From assembly GCA_052426225.1 (NCBI GenBank), contig JBNJNM010000007.1, forward strand, positions 62,001 through 126,000: 64,000 nt of DNA, read 5' to 3'. The stretch comes from Zancudomyces culisetae HAW-14-8. Taxonomy: Eukaryota; Fungi; Kickxellomycota. The position numbers were made by a program, and so were the translations under genes. Under the pieces are notes generated by a model. The model was not told the origin of the DNA, did not search any database, and saw nothing but the letters and a program-made list of their open reading frames with translations. Numbering within the stretch: the first letter of the stretch is position 1; each line of letters begins with the position of its first letter. Below, piece after piece: positions 12,041 to 24,817 of this stretch.

Positions 12041-13951
12041 TTATTTAACTAGAATAACAACATTTTCTATATGAATTGTTTGTGGAAATAAATCAAACGG
12101 CTGAATCGAATGGATTTTGTATTTACCATCGCTTTCCTGGACATGTCCTGCGTCTATCAGATACTTTATGTCACGTGCTTGTGCTGCCACTCCACACGCC
12201 ACATAAACTATTATTTTCGGCCCAAATTTGACCAGTTGTTCAAGAAACTGTGGGTTTGATCCCTTTCTTGGCGGATCTATAACCACCACTGTTTTGTTTG
12301 GGTCCATTTCTCCAAGTTGTTTATTATTGATATCAAATAAATTCGATGCATCTCCAACTATAAATTCCATGCTACCATCCTCCTCAAACCCATTGAGTTT
12401 TCCGTTGTGGATTGCCTTTGCAGCATTATCTTTACTTATTTCTATTCCAACCACCCTTTGGAAATCTATTTTCTTGTTACTCTTCGGAGTTGATTCTGGT
12501 TCTTCTGCCTTGGTTTCCACTCCATTTACGTCCATTCCATCATTGTACGACGCTCCCAGTTTTGGCAAACATATAGCAAACAATCCAGCTCCGCAATATG
12601 CGTCCACCAGATTGACCACTGTGTTGTCTACACTTTCTATTTCTCTGTAAATATGCTCAATCAACAGTGGCATAATTACTCTGTTGTTTTGGAAGAATTC
12701 CGATGCTTTGAACTCAAACTTTGCTACCATTCCATTGCCAAACTCAAGCCTCTCATTGCAAATCTGGTTGTGCTCTAAGATATACTCCCGCTGTTCTCCT
12801 TGCTCATCCGTGCTATCCACCACATTATCTCTTATCAAATACGTCCCTCCTCTGCTCTTCTTTTTCTTCTTATTCTTATCCACGTCTTTCTCCTCTGCGT
12901 CTTCACTAGCTTTAATTCTTCTAATCTCCTTTAGTCCCATGTTTACATTCTTGGTTGCAATAGCACATTCCTCAATATCCACTATTCGGTACTTTGAGTA
13001 TACGCTATTAAACCCAATATCGTGATCTCTATTATTGTAATGCGGTGTGATCTTTGTACGATATTCAAATTGATTAGGCGATCCAATAACTTTGTTGACC
13101 TTAATTTGCGGGAACTTGTTTAGAATCTCTGCGAATTCCTCATTTGCAACCACATTCCATTTAAATTCTAGTTGATGTTGGTAATCCAACATTTGCAGCT
13201 GACATCCCGAACATTGCCCAAAATACTTGCACACAATATCTTGAGGAGCTATCCGGCTTTCACTTTCACTAGACTTCTCAACTACCTCCACCAATTTTCC
13301 TATCGTGTATCCCCAACTGTTTTCTACCAACTCAACCATCACGATTTCATTTGGCAAAGTAAAAGGAACCAAAAAATACCAATCTTTTTTATTTTCATGG
13401 GTGGATTTGTCTTCTGTAGGCTCATGGATTCCTATCCCAAACCCGTTACAAGACATTACCTTCAAAATTCTCACTTTCACAACCGGTTTAGCCTCCTCCT
13501 CTTCAGCCTCTTTTTCAACTTGCTGCTCTTCACCATTATCTTGCGTATCCTGCTCTTTTCTTTTCCGGGATTTGAATGGAATCAAAAAGGGCGGAGTTCT
13601 AAACCATTCATCCTGCATTTGCAAAACACCTCGCGCTTTATTTAACTTTGCTATTTCGTTGAGGATATTCTCATTCGCAAACTTTTTTTTGATTACAAAC
13701 TTTCTATCCTTTCCTTTCTTGCCTCCCTTTCTCAAAATCCCACTTTCAGCCTGGCCTGACAGTGACACTGGTTCTGATACTGACACTGATTCCTGTGCTT
13801 TCGTTTCCATTCTCAAATATCTATTGTTGTTGTCAAACCTTTTGCTCGTGCTATTTGTTTTTTCGATGAGGTTGAAATGCGCTGTTTTTAAATTTCTGGT
13901 TAGTAGCTTTTGACTCGTAAATATCCCAGTGTTTAGTAATCTCTTGATCAT
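12041..13951 (-). CDS. TRM2: tRNA (uracil-5-)-methyltransferase (m5U54), Trm2/RlmD family
   Basis: CKYFGQCSGCQLQ, YRTKITPH, FFQNN, SAM-binding DAYCGAGLF, DPPRKG, catalytic YVAC, FDLFPQTIHIE. Confidence 0.94.
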   Translation of the reverse strand: MIKRLLNTGIFTSQKLLTRNLKTAHFNLIEKTNSTSKRFDNNNRYLRMETKAQESVSVSEPVSLSGQAESGILRKGGKKGKDRKFVIKKKFANENILNEIAKLNKARGVLQMQDEWFRTPPFLIPFKSRKRKEQDTQDNGEEQQVEKEAEEEEAKPVVKVRILKVMSCNGFGIGIHEPTEDKSTHENKKDWYFLVPFTLPNEIVMVELVENSWGYTIGKLVEVVEKSSESESRIAPQDIVCKYFGQCSGCQLQMLDYQHQLEFKWNVVANEEFAEILNKFPQIKVNKVIGSPNQFEYRTKITPHYNNRDHDIGFNSVYSKYRIVDIEECAIATKNVNMGLKEIRRIKASEDAEEKDVDKNKKKKKSRGGTYLIRDNVVDSTDEQGEQREYILEHNQICNERLEFGNGMVAKFEFKASEFFQNNRVIMPLLIEHIYREIESVDNTVVNLVDAYCGAGLFAICLPKLGASYNDGMDVNGVETKAEEPESTPKSNKKIDFQRVVGIEISKDNAAKAIHNGKLNGFEEDGSMEFIVGDASNLFDINNKQLGEMDPNKTVVVIDPPRKGSNPQFLEQLVKFGPKIIVYVACGVAAQARDIKYLIDAGHVQESDGKYKIHSIQPFDLFPQTIHIENVVILVK

Positions 13952-14075
13952 TTATCTGGATCGTTGTTTCTTTTCCAATTCAATACTCTCCCACAAGCCG
14001 CAAAGATCTCGCTTTCAACTGTTTTTTTTCTTCAAGTCTTTACTTTGAATAATCTACTTTGTGAACAACACATAA

Positions 14076-14170
14076 AAAATTTTTCACTTTTTCACTTTTT
14101 CACTTTTTTTCTGATTCGCCTTAATTTAATTTAATTTAATTTTATTATATATTTGATTTGTTGGCTCATC
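14076..14170 (-). promoter_or_regulatory. RRPE-like (TGAAAAATTTT) and PAC-like (GATGAGC) elements upstream of TRM2
   Basis: Minus strand reads TGAAAAATTTT at 14086-14076 and GATGAGCC at 14170-14163, 125-220 bp upstream of the ATG. Both match the yeast Ribi promoter motifs, but the AT-rich background weakens the RRPE match. Confidence 0.5.
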
Positions 14171-17100
14171 ATTTAATCATATATGATATACAAAACATAA
14201 AGTGCCAAAATCGTGATATATGACTCTACTACTATTACTATTACTATTTTTATTTCTAGTTTATCTTAAACACTCACAAAAATACCGATACCCACTTGAT
14301 GTTTTATTTTAAAGTGCCAGTAAAACCAAGTTCTTGCTATAATTTGTCAAATTATTGAACCCACACTCACACCCACGCTCATCACGCCATCACTCCTTTA
14401 TTACTAAACCACTGTGCTTATCCATTATATAGCACTTTTAAACAACAATAATGACCAGTAATGTTAAGATATCTATTGGATATTCAGAAGATCAAGCAAC
14501 TCGACCATTACTTTTCTTGTATTAAACCTAGTTGAAAGACAAAGAATCCAAAAATTAACAATAATTTTATCATCCTACCTCATAACTATATTTAACCGGA
14601 TTTTAAATGGTTGTTTTTTTTATATAAAAAACTGTTTATTCAACATTTAGATTGGTATAATACTCGATAAACACAGCATACATCCACCCGTCGTATCCTG
14701 TACAATTTTTCTAACATATGTGTTATAGGAATCGGTTTGGGATTTACATGGTCAACACTTATTTCCTACGAATACAAGCATTTACATTCATAGAATCTAA
14801 TGACACGATTTTTGCATGGATTCTTTTATTGTTTTACCCAAAGTCTAATCATTTGCACACAACTCGTACCACAGGCTCAAGCCATAGGATCTTTCCACCT
14901 AGAAACGCAAACCCATCCTTACAATATATACGCCATATGGTGACTCAGCTCCTTTTTTTTTTGTGCAGCCTATTTAATTAAAATTTGCTCAGTTCTCTGA
15001 TATAAATGGTTGTTTTACACTCTTATCTTTAAGCAAAAAGCAATGTAATGTTTCATTTGTCAATCAACAGATGAGTTTGATTTATGACTCGATAAAAAAA
15101 AGCCGCCCATACTTTCCTCCAGGGTTGCAAGCACCATACAAATACCTAAGGCCGTGAAGCATTCCTTTGGATGAAGTAGGCGTTGGGTGTGTGTATGGGT
15201 ATATGTGTAATAGTACTAGTAAGGGTAGATATTAGGTACTCTTTTTTATTCGAGCAGATTCTTAATGAAAACATCAACATCAACAAAAGCCCATCTAAAA
15301 TGACACTCGATTAAAAGGTCATCAAACCTTTCACTGTTTGACATTTGACGTTTGTCGTTTGCTATTTTTCCGAGCAAGAAATTGAGAACTACTAGACCCT
15401 TTCTTTTACTGCTTTTTTCTCCATGTCCTACACTCCCCGGCTTCTGTATCAGTTCTACCCTTCCCTTGTTACACCACCTTACACTTTCACCTTATTAGTA
15501 TTTTTTGTTCCCTATTAACCGATTAGTGCGATTAAGTACATTGTAGTAATAATCATCGGGTTTATTTTTCTCCAATATGGAATTAATTTGCAACTAAAGG
15601 GATTTACATTCAATTTGTGACCAGAATGAAACGAGGATTGGAATCAAACTGTATGCAAAAAACTGTAACAAATTGTCCTTGAGTAACTTGTACTTTGATA
15701 CACAAGGAAGCCTGCTAGGCTACCAACATATAAAAAATAGAATTGGTTTATACCTAAATCGTAGTTATTTCCTAGTTTGTTTTTGTCAGAAACATCATAT
15801 TTTACCCAATTTTTCTTTCTAGGATTTAACCTCCAAAAATAGCTAATCTGTGGGTGATATTGGACTATGCATAGAAACTATTTGCTAAATAGCTACTCTT
15901 TATGCATTTACTTAGTTGTAGATGCAACAATGATAGTTTGTGTGTTTGGGGGTGGGTGGGGCTAGTATAATGCCCTCCAGAAAAGGTATAATTAATTGTA
16001 ATGACTGACAGCTAATTCAATTCCTTGCTGTTAAGCTTGTGTAATGTACCAACAAATTACCGATAGTTTAGCTCTTTATGTTTGTATTTATTAAAGTTGC
16101 TAATCTTGAAAACGATAAAGTTTAGTTGTAAAAGCGAGATTTTTTACAAACTCGCATTTTGAATATCAGCTAGGAACAAAGAGTGATAATACTATGTTGC
16201 AGTGTGAGGTTTTTGTATTTTTAGCCTCAGTCAGTCCTTTGGAATCGCATATACTTTTCGTAAAAGCCCATACACACATACACACACATACATATATATT
16301 AAAAGAAATAAAAACAACTCACCAACCGGAAAACATTTGTTTTTTTTTTACCTCGCCATATCAAACTTTTTTCTGAACTTCTTCCACCATTGGGGTTCAA
16401 GTAGCTGCTACTAATTTATTATGCAATTCACAAGCAAATGTCTCATCATATTCCTCTTTTTTTAGTATATCTTGTAAATAAATTAAAGAAAGCGCAATTC
16501 CTTTTGGTAGAACATTTTCAAATCATCGAGAAGCGTGCCAAAATAAACACAATATTTCTTACAAAGGGAACACAAATTCGGAACACTGTATATCTACTTA
16601 TGTAAAAACTGTAAACACAGATAATACACGAGAATTACCATATAGTAACATTACATGAAACTTGCTCTAACTATTCTTGTACTAAGATTTTTGTCAAGTT
16701 TTAGATTTTTTTTCGATACACGTTTTTATATTCTGCTAATTAATATTGATTGCCATCCAAAAATGTCATTAAAAATGATTTAACCAAATAGTGGGATAGG
16801 AAAAGGGTATTTTGCTCGTGGTCAATGATGTAATGAAATGAATGTTTAGGGACTATTGTCGGCTTTTACGAACATTATTGAAAAGTGAGTACAGATTTGA
16901 ATGGGATTGGAAAATGTTTGGAAAAAAGAGCGATTGGCGATTAATATTTATTTCTGATTTATTATTTTTTGGTTACTGAATTTTAAATTCAAGTTGCGCC
17001 GATAAATTGTTGATGAAAAAAAGCTATAAACATAAAAAGATAGCATCCTTCGGCCAATACAGCGTGTGATAGCAATGTAAACAGGCACATTCAAGTTCAA

Positions 17101-19103
17101 ACACCTGTTCATCTGTTATTGAATTGGCAATTAAACTATATAGTCCTGATGTTCTAGAAATCATCGATTTTTTTTTAATAAAGGGGAAGGCGAAATGCAA
17201 ATATTGTAAATTAAGTAATCAATATCTATAATAAAAAAACGTTTATTATGCGTTGTTGTTGATGCTGCTAAAAGTATAAAGCTTGAGACATGAATCTAAA
17301 AAATATATGTATGCACAAGTATTTGTGTATGCGTATCGTACGCGAAACTCGAGCATGACAATCTTGCTTGTTTTGTTATTCAAGTTTGGGGCCTCTTGAA
17401 CATCCTATAATTTAAATATCATGTAAATAAACGGAGAGTAACAAATACTTCATTTTCAAAAGTTATCATAAATTCCAATAGTTAAACTAACCACTAGTGT
17501 TCAGATTTGCCATTTATTGCAATTTTACAGTATATTTTGAACATTTTCTATAAATACAACTACTAGAAGCTAGCATAATAGCTAAAAACATCAATATAAA
17601 GCCATCCTGTCTTAATTGTTACACCACTACCTTTCAAAGGTGCTAAAGATGAAGAGTAGAAAGGTGTCTGTGTGTACTGGTAAGTAAAAGTCAAGTTTAC
17701 TAGTCGAGCTATATACATTATAATTAATAAAACGGGTGCAGTTTTGGCAAGTGGAGAACAATGGCAATAGAGGAGATACGAAAATCAACAAAATAGTATT
17801 AAAAAATTAATTGAGCGTGGGGAATGTCATTATGTTATTATGTTACTATCAAAAAGCGAGTTTTGATATATAAAGGAAAAGCAAAGACCCCAGTTCAAGT
17901 GAACCCAACATTCTAGGAGGTACTGCTTTGTGGGAGAGCGATATGGGGCGTGTATACTTGTTGCATCGTATATTAACTATTTCTATACCCAATTGATACT
18001 TAAATCTATCGACAAAGGTTAATTGTTTTTTTTTTAAAAAAAGTGTACTATTTGGCAGTTCAATAGATTACTTCCACTAGAAGCATAGACATATTATACA
18101 CGCTAACTCACCGGGAAAAAAACGGTAAGATAATCTCTCGTTCTTCATTTATTGGTTTCAAATTATCTCTCTACCCCCCCCCCCCCCTCCCCCTTCAGCT
18201 ACTGTAAGAAACAGCAACTATGTTGTTATTTCCTATCGTGGTTTTTCTTTTTTTTTCTTAGAGAAGGGGAAGAATGGCTGTTATTTCTTGTGTTAACAGT
18301 GGAATAAGCACTTTAGAAACTTGCAAACATTCATTCTCAACGAGAATAAGTATATTTTCAAAAACTTTGGTGAAATGAGAGTCTTAGCATTAGAAATGAT
18401 CCACTTTGCAACCCAGCAAAACGTATAAGTTTGCTAAAAGCCGCATTTTGCAACTGGGGAAAAGGGTTGACCAAAAGACCAATTAAACGTGCGCAATTTA
18501 GTAATGAGCACAATCTCATTCAATGAGAAGGCCAAACTGTAAATGTGAGTTAAAAGCAAAAATAGGTGTTAGTTTTGGTGTGATGACGAGAATGATCTTT
18601 ATGTCTTTTCCTTACAGTTTTAAATGTAAAATACAAAAGGGTTTACAAGATGCGTGTTCTCACACTTATAAACACCTTTTATTTCCGTTTTTTTATACAG
18701 AAAAAAAAACATCACATCTGTTTTGTTTGGTCTATATTAAAAGTATCATTGAAATCAAGTCACTACTATTACTAAATTTAACACCTCGACATTAAGTGAT
18801 ATTTTTAGCGGTTGTGGGTCACTCAAAAAAAATATGAGGTTTTGAAAAAAAAAGTACAGCCTAGTGGTGTTTTATGAATTAATTAGGTTTGGTGGGCTAC
18901 CAGTTACTTCTGCATTTTTTAAATGGTAGAAAGTGCTGCCACCACAGAAAAGCGATATATATCGATGAGACCATTTAGTTGAGTAGAATAAAATGTTATA
19001 TCCATGTAAAAATAGTACAAATTTTTACACTACAGTATTTGAGCGGAATATCAATCAATATACTGTCTAAACTTAGAAGGGAAGAGTGGAAAAATAAAGT
19101 ACA

Positions 19104-22100
19104 ATGTATCAAATCAACAAAGCCAAGATATATGACCCGGATGCAGGGGAAATGAGGGAGGATCACACAGACGATGAGAACACTTTACAAAATAGGAGTA
19201 CACTCAATGATTGGGGTAAGATTTGGTAGTATCAATACTAAAAACAAGTGTTTCTATAACACACTAAAGCCATACAATCATAATTATAGGCGTAGAGACG
19301 GCAAAGTGTATGGAGATAATTAATCGGAGCCTGGAAGAAATACCAAATAAAATGGAGCAGTACTTTAAAAACCTAACCGAACTGGATCTATCATTCAATA
19401 GCTTAGAAAAGTTACCTGACGGCTTTTCAAAACTTGAAAACATCAAAAAAATCAACCTGTCGAACAATGACTTTACAGTATTTCCGCAAGAACTGTATGA
19501 GCTTGTAGGATTGGAATATGTTGATATGTCTTTTAACTTTCTGACAGAAATTAAAAGAGACGTAGTGAATATGAAGGCGTTAAAGTTTTTAAACTTGAGA
19601 AACAACTGTCTAAGAGCGGTACCGTATTTCCTGGGCGAACTCTATGTAAACTTAGAGGTACTTATTCTTGACAGAAATCCACTAGACAACAATAGTATTG
19701 AGCTTTTACTACCAATCCTGACTATCAGACAAAAATCGACAAGCGATACTTTGTTTATTACAAACTATAACATTTCTAGTTCGGATACCATCACAACAGC
19801 CAACAATAGTAGTATTTTTCAATGTATAGATGATAAAAAAACTAAAATGATTTTACCATCAAGATTTGATGACGCAGAAGAAAGCAACGAGATCATTAAG
19901 GGTGCTGACAAGTTGAGTATTCTGGGGGATTGTGGGGAAAGCAAAGATGCAAGCTCGTCAGTTTCGTTAGTATATGAAGGTGGTGATTGCACTAGTCTTA
20001 AATCTACCCGAATAAGTAGTATCAGTAGCAGTTTATTTATTAGTCCGCTAGAGCTGGAGTTAGGAGTAAGAGAAATTGATGAGAGTAACAAAGGATATCT
20101 TACAAATAGCACTGAAAGTATTAGTGATCGAGTGTTGAAAAATCCTAAAAAACAAGCCAAGAGCTTTAGAAAAGTGGAAAAGATAGTGGGTCCAATTGAT
20201 GAAAATGCGATCCAGGGGATCTATGATAATTGTAAGTGATAGTTTTTATACCACTCTTTTATTTATTATGTTGAAATAAAAAATAACAGAAAAACGGGCG
20301 GTACGAGCGATATTTATAATATATATACGTATGAAATAAAATAAGGATGAAGAAATGCAAGCATTAAAATTGATAAAACAGATATAAAAAAGTGTATGCT
20401 TTATACTTTAGATACAAAGGCAACGACCACCAATAGGAACAACATAATGTCAAACTGGCCACATGAAAAGAGAGATACTAAAATAAAATTTAGGAGCAAA
20501 TTAGCCAGACGGACTTCGCCAGAACAAGGGTGTAAGTCAACATCTTCGATAGTTGGATACAACAACATGAATTTCAATAGAGTTGGTAGGGAAGAAGTAT
20601 ATCACCAGTCAGGAGTTACACTAAAAGGGTTTTCGCGTGCGATTATTGGAAACAGAATATCAAACATCTGGCTTAGCAACACCTCAAAGATAGAGTGTGT
20701 AGCTTATGAAAGTTATTTGCATAGATATTTGCATGAATGCAAGTCTTACCAAACCAGCGAAAGCAAGACAAAAGTATTGAAAAGTGTGCTGTGGAAATTA
20801 AAGGATATCTGGGAGCTTCAAAATAATATTTTTCAAAAGATCGACACAAACATAGATATTAGTGAGATAAACAAGAGCAAGACAATAGCAAACCATCGTA
20901 CATTTATCGAGGCTGTAATTGAAAACAGCAAAAAGAAAAAAGATAGCAGTAATACGAACCAACAATCAGCCACAAGAGACAAAGCAGTACGGGAGCTATT
21001 AGAAACTGAGGTTACATATGTTGATAAGCTAAGAGGTCTAAATGATATTTACTGCAAACTGTTATTACTTACACAAAAATATCCAAAAGTCTCGATTAGT
21101 AGTAGAAATAGCCATCAAAGCCTTTTTGGTGCTTTCAATTCCCGTTCAATGATTAATAGTAAATTTGAGAAAAAAAAGAGCCGGAAGAGGCAGACTAATG
21201 GAGCTATTGATAGAGATGATCTAAGAAAAATATTTATGAATATTGCTGTCATTTATAAGCTTCACAGTGAACACATTTTGCCGAGGTTGCGCGCTAAAAA
21301 GCTGCATTCGAATCTGGGATCCATGCTAAAACGAATAGTACCAATGCTCAAGCTGTATGGTGAATACATCAATAATTTTGACAACTCACAAAAAGTGACA
21401 TTGAAATATGATGATTTTTGGCAAAACCTAGACAGTAGAGCTGTTCGAAATATCAATGAATGCCATAGTTCTGTGGCCAAAAACGTTGGTATAATTGGTA
21501 CGCTAAAGAAAAAGGCTAGCCGACCCTTCCTACCAAAACCCGGTGTTTCCTCTGCACCCACATCGATTGATGGTGTTAAAAACCTGTTTGACATCAACAG
21601 TCTCTTAATACTTCCGGTTCAAAGAATTCCTAGGTATAAATTGCTTCTGGAAACAATTGTAAAGAACACCGATCATCTTGATAAGGATTTCAATGACCTG
21701 GCTGATGTGTTGCTATCTGTCTCTTTAATAGCAAACGATATGAACGAGAGCAAAAGAAGACAGGATTTGATGGTACAATATGGAAGCCTAATCACCAAGA
21801 ATTCTGTAATTCCTGCTAATCTAAGATTTAACGCGAATAGAGTTTTCATAAAAAAAGGTGACTTAACTTTGGTAAAATTTTTGTGTTACAATGATGTGTA
21901 CACTAAAACTGGAGGTACAAGCGAGGATATACCCTGCCATTCCAACCTATTTACTTTGGACTGTAACATTCAAGCTAGTTCAGATCTTGATTCTCTATTA
22001 TTGAACAACAGTATCAGTTCCACGTTAGACTACCACTATCCGAATGTCACTGTGACGTTGCTACTATTCAATGATTTTTTGCTTTTGTGTTCAGACAACT

Positions 22101-22291
22101 GTCACACAATCGATGCCATGTTTTTATTATCTAGCACTGCTCAAGCTTCCAGTGTCATTTTGGATTATTATACAGATTCCACCTTGCTACGTATCATTGA
22201 TAGAAATTTTGTTTTGTATTTTGCAGGTCCCATAAACGACCTAAATCTCTGGAACAGCTCTATTAATAGCCGATTATCGCCTGAGCTTTAG
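19104..22291 (+). CDS. LRR + DH(RhoGEF) + PH-like protein (~977 aa, 3 exons)
   Basis: Exons 19104-19215, 19290-20231 and 20412-22291. Both introns are GTAAG..TAG and phase-compatible, joining two ORFs of the track. LRRs include LTELDLSFNSLEKLP, LKFLNLRNNCLRAVP and LILDRNPL. DH motifs are RDKAVRELLETEVTYV and LLILPVQRIPRYKLLL, followed by a PH-like tail (FIKKGDL...LLLFNDFLLLC...WNSSI). Confidence 0.88.
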
Positions 22292-22552
22292 TTCTAGTTT
22301 TTTTTTTGATTTTGTATTTTTTATTTACTACTGTTGCTCAGAGTCAATATAGTATTCATACTTTTCATATCCATTGCATATTTTTGTATTATTTCAGACA
22401 CCTTTATTTCCAGCTAATTATACTAATACAAATCAATTGGTACCATTTATATAACTGCTAAAATCAACAGAGGTTAATATTAGATTTGAGTGGGCTTTTC
22501 TTTATTTTTCTTTAAAAAAAAAGAAATAGAGAAAGGTAACACATAGTGCTCT

Positions 22553-24817
22553 TTAAATCCATCCGAGCAAGTAGTACCAAGCAGTTCCGAACGTTAAGAA
22601 TGTCAAAAACACCATAATTGTAAAGGCAAATCCTCCAACGAACCACACATTGGGCTGGATATTATATAGAATTTTACTGCTGGAGGCATATATTACGGTT
22701 GATGCACCAGTGTATGGAGCCAAGGTGTTTGATAAGTTTCCAGAACCTGCTATAATCGAAGTGAATAGGATTGGATTACAACAGTTGAGCGACTTGGCAG
22801 CCTCCATGAACGGGCCTGCAAATGCGACTATACGACTTGCAGTGGATGAAAACATGTACATCAACATGTAGTACATCACTGCGAGTATGACTGTTTGGGC
22901 ATATGCTGATGATAGAATTCCAGTGTCACCAGTTCCTGGTGCCAACTTCCTCGAAATTAGCTTTCCAATGTATGTAGATATTCCCAACTCGGTAAGCTGG
23001 TTTGCTAGCAGGATAAATATACTCAACCAGTAGTATGTGTCCCACTATAAAATTATGTAGATAAATCTTAATGTACTTTCCCCAAAACCCTGTGATAGGT
23101 GGTATATCCAGCACCCACGTATGAATAACATTGTGGAATAAACATCATGAGTACTTACTGCATTAGCGTTTGATGTTATTTCATTCCATGATACAATTTC
23201 GAAAATCACCAACAACATAACAGTGATAAATGCGATAATAACTGGGTTAATACGGAAATAAAACTCAAACATCCAAAATGTTAAGCAGAATGCCATTATT
23301 CCCAACAGTTTCTATTTCAATTAGCAAGAAATATTCCATTACTATTTCATGTACCGGGTGTACTGAATTGGATTTCGCTGGTGCATACAAAATAAAAAAT
23401 AAAAAATAAAAAATAAGACATACCTTTTCATTGGTGGTCAAAGGGGATAGTCGCTGAATCTCGACGCGAATCTTTTGCTGGAATTCTTCCATATCAATCT
23501 TGGGCTTAAAAATCAAACCAACGAGGAATGGAAGTAGTGAAAGAAGCAAAAGCCCTGGGACTACGTTTGCCATGGCCCATTCTGCAAATCCATACTCAAT
23601 TCCAAAAACCTGCTTGGCCCTTGATGATACTATTGGGTTTCCTGCCATGGATGTCAAAAACATAGATGAGGAAATGGCATTCGCATAGGCTGATATCATC
23701 ATCAAATAGCCAGATATTGGGTTTGGTTCTGCTGAAAATTCATCACCAGACGGTGGAAGCATAAGCTTGATAATCGAATTACTTATTGGAAAAATTATGC
23801 CTCCAGCTCTGGCTGAGTTTGATGGGATAAATGGTGCAAGCAGAACTTCGGCACCACAAATTGCATAACCAATACCAGTCAGAGATCGACCTAGCTTTGA
23901 AACCAAAAGCAATGATACTCTTCTGGCTAGTCCAGTACCTTCTATACCTTTGCCTATGTGGAATGCTGAAAATACTAACCATGGAATTGTACTTGAAAAA
24001 CCTGATAATGCTACCTCAAACGCAGAATTTATCGGGTCACACTGGTAGACCTCACCCGCGATAAAGTCTTTGTAGCTGAGGGCTTTGCTCTGATTTTCGA
24101 TTAATTTACCACACAAACTGCAGTCAACACTTATTCCATCTTTGGTAACACACTTGAGATTAGATGTAAGTGTTAATACTAAAATAGCAAGCGTAACTAG
24201 TATCGAGATGTTATACTTGGATGTAAGGATGGAAACTATCACTCTATAATTGTTTAGTACAAAAAATTCATTACCATTATTATTATTTTTTCTATGGTAC
24301 AGATAACACTTCTACACTCGGCCTACAAATATAAATGGTTATATTAAACAGTAGGTATTCGTACGTACCCGCAAAATACGCCAAACATATGCATACTAGT
24401 TGGAGTCAAGCCCTGTGGTGCTTCCACATTCCAAATCAATGCACACACAACGACAGCCGGTAAAAGTGAAAAAATTGGCGCTGAATTCATAAACGCAAAA
24501 ACGTGCTTCCATGTTTCGACAGAAAAAAGCTTTCCTATAGTTTTTTATTTATTTTTATTTTTATAAAAAAAAAAGAGTTAGCTGGTGAAGCCCCATTATA
24601 CACATGGATGAGATTTATATAGAAAAAGGCTATATTCTTACTTATGCGCTTGGTTATGTCCAGCCTATTGAAATTTTCAGCTCCACTACCGTCATTTCCG
24701 AGTAACGGGGTTTGGCTAGTAGGCTGTTGTGCGAATGTATCGAGTGCTAAGCATGGTAAATATACATTAGTAGGAATGGAAGAGGATATTTGTTAATAAA
24801 AAAAGAGTTTACACCAT
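22553..24817 (-). CDS. DASS-family dicarboxylate transporter of the CitT/TtdT/YflS/plastid DiT type (~570 aa)
   Basis: Exons 24720-24642, 24534-24369, 24243-23424, 23311-23159 and 23044-22553 are phase-compatible GT-AG. The start, an ATG-only exon at 24817-24815, is tentative. Motifs are PQGLTPTSMHMFGVF, ALSGFSSTIPWLVFSAF, LAPFIPSNSARAGGIIFPI, SSSMFLTSMAGNP, AWDTYYW, YMFSS and C-terminal GTAWYYLLGW. Confidence 0.9.

Noticed and set aside
17649-17770. ATG...G|GTAAGT...GCAG mini-gene (MKSRKVSVCTVLASGEQWQ)
   Set aside because: Only 19 codons with no recognisable similarity; chance, or at most a uORF.
22553-24242. DASS gene looking like a frameshifted pseudogene in the ORF track
   Set aside because: Every break is explained by a phase-compatible GT-AG intron.
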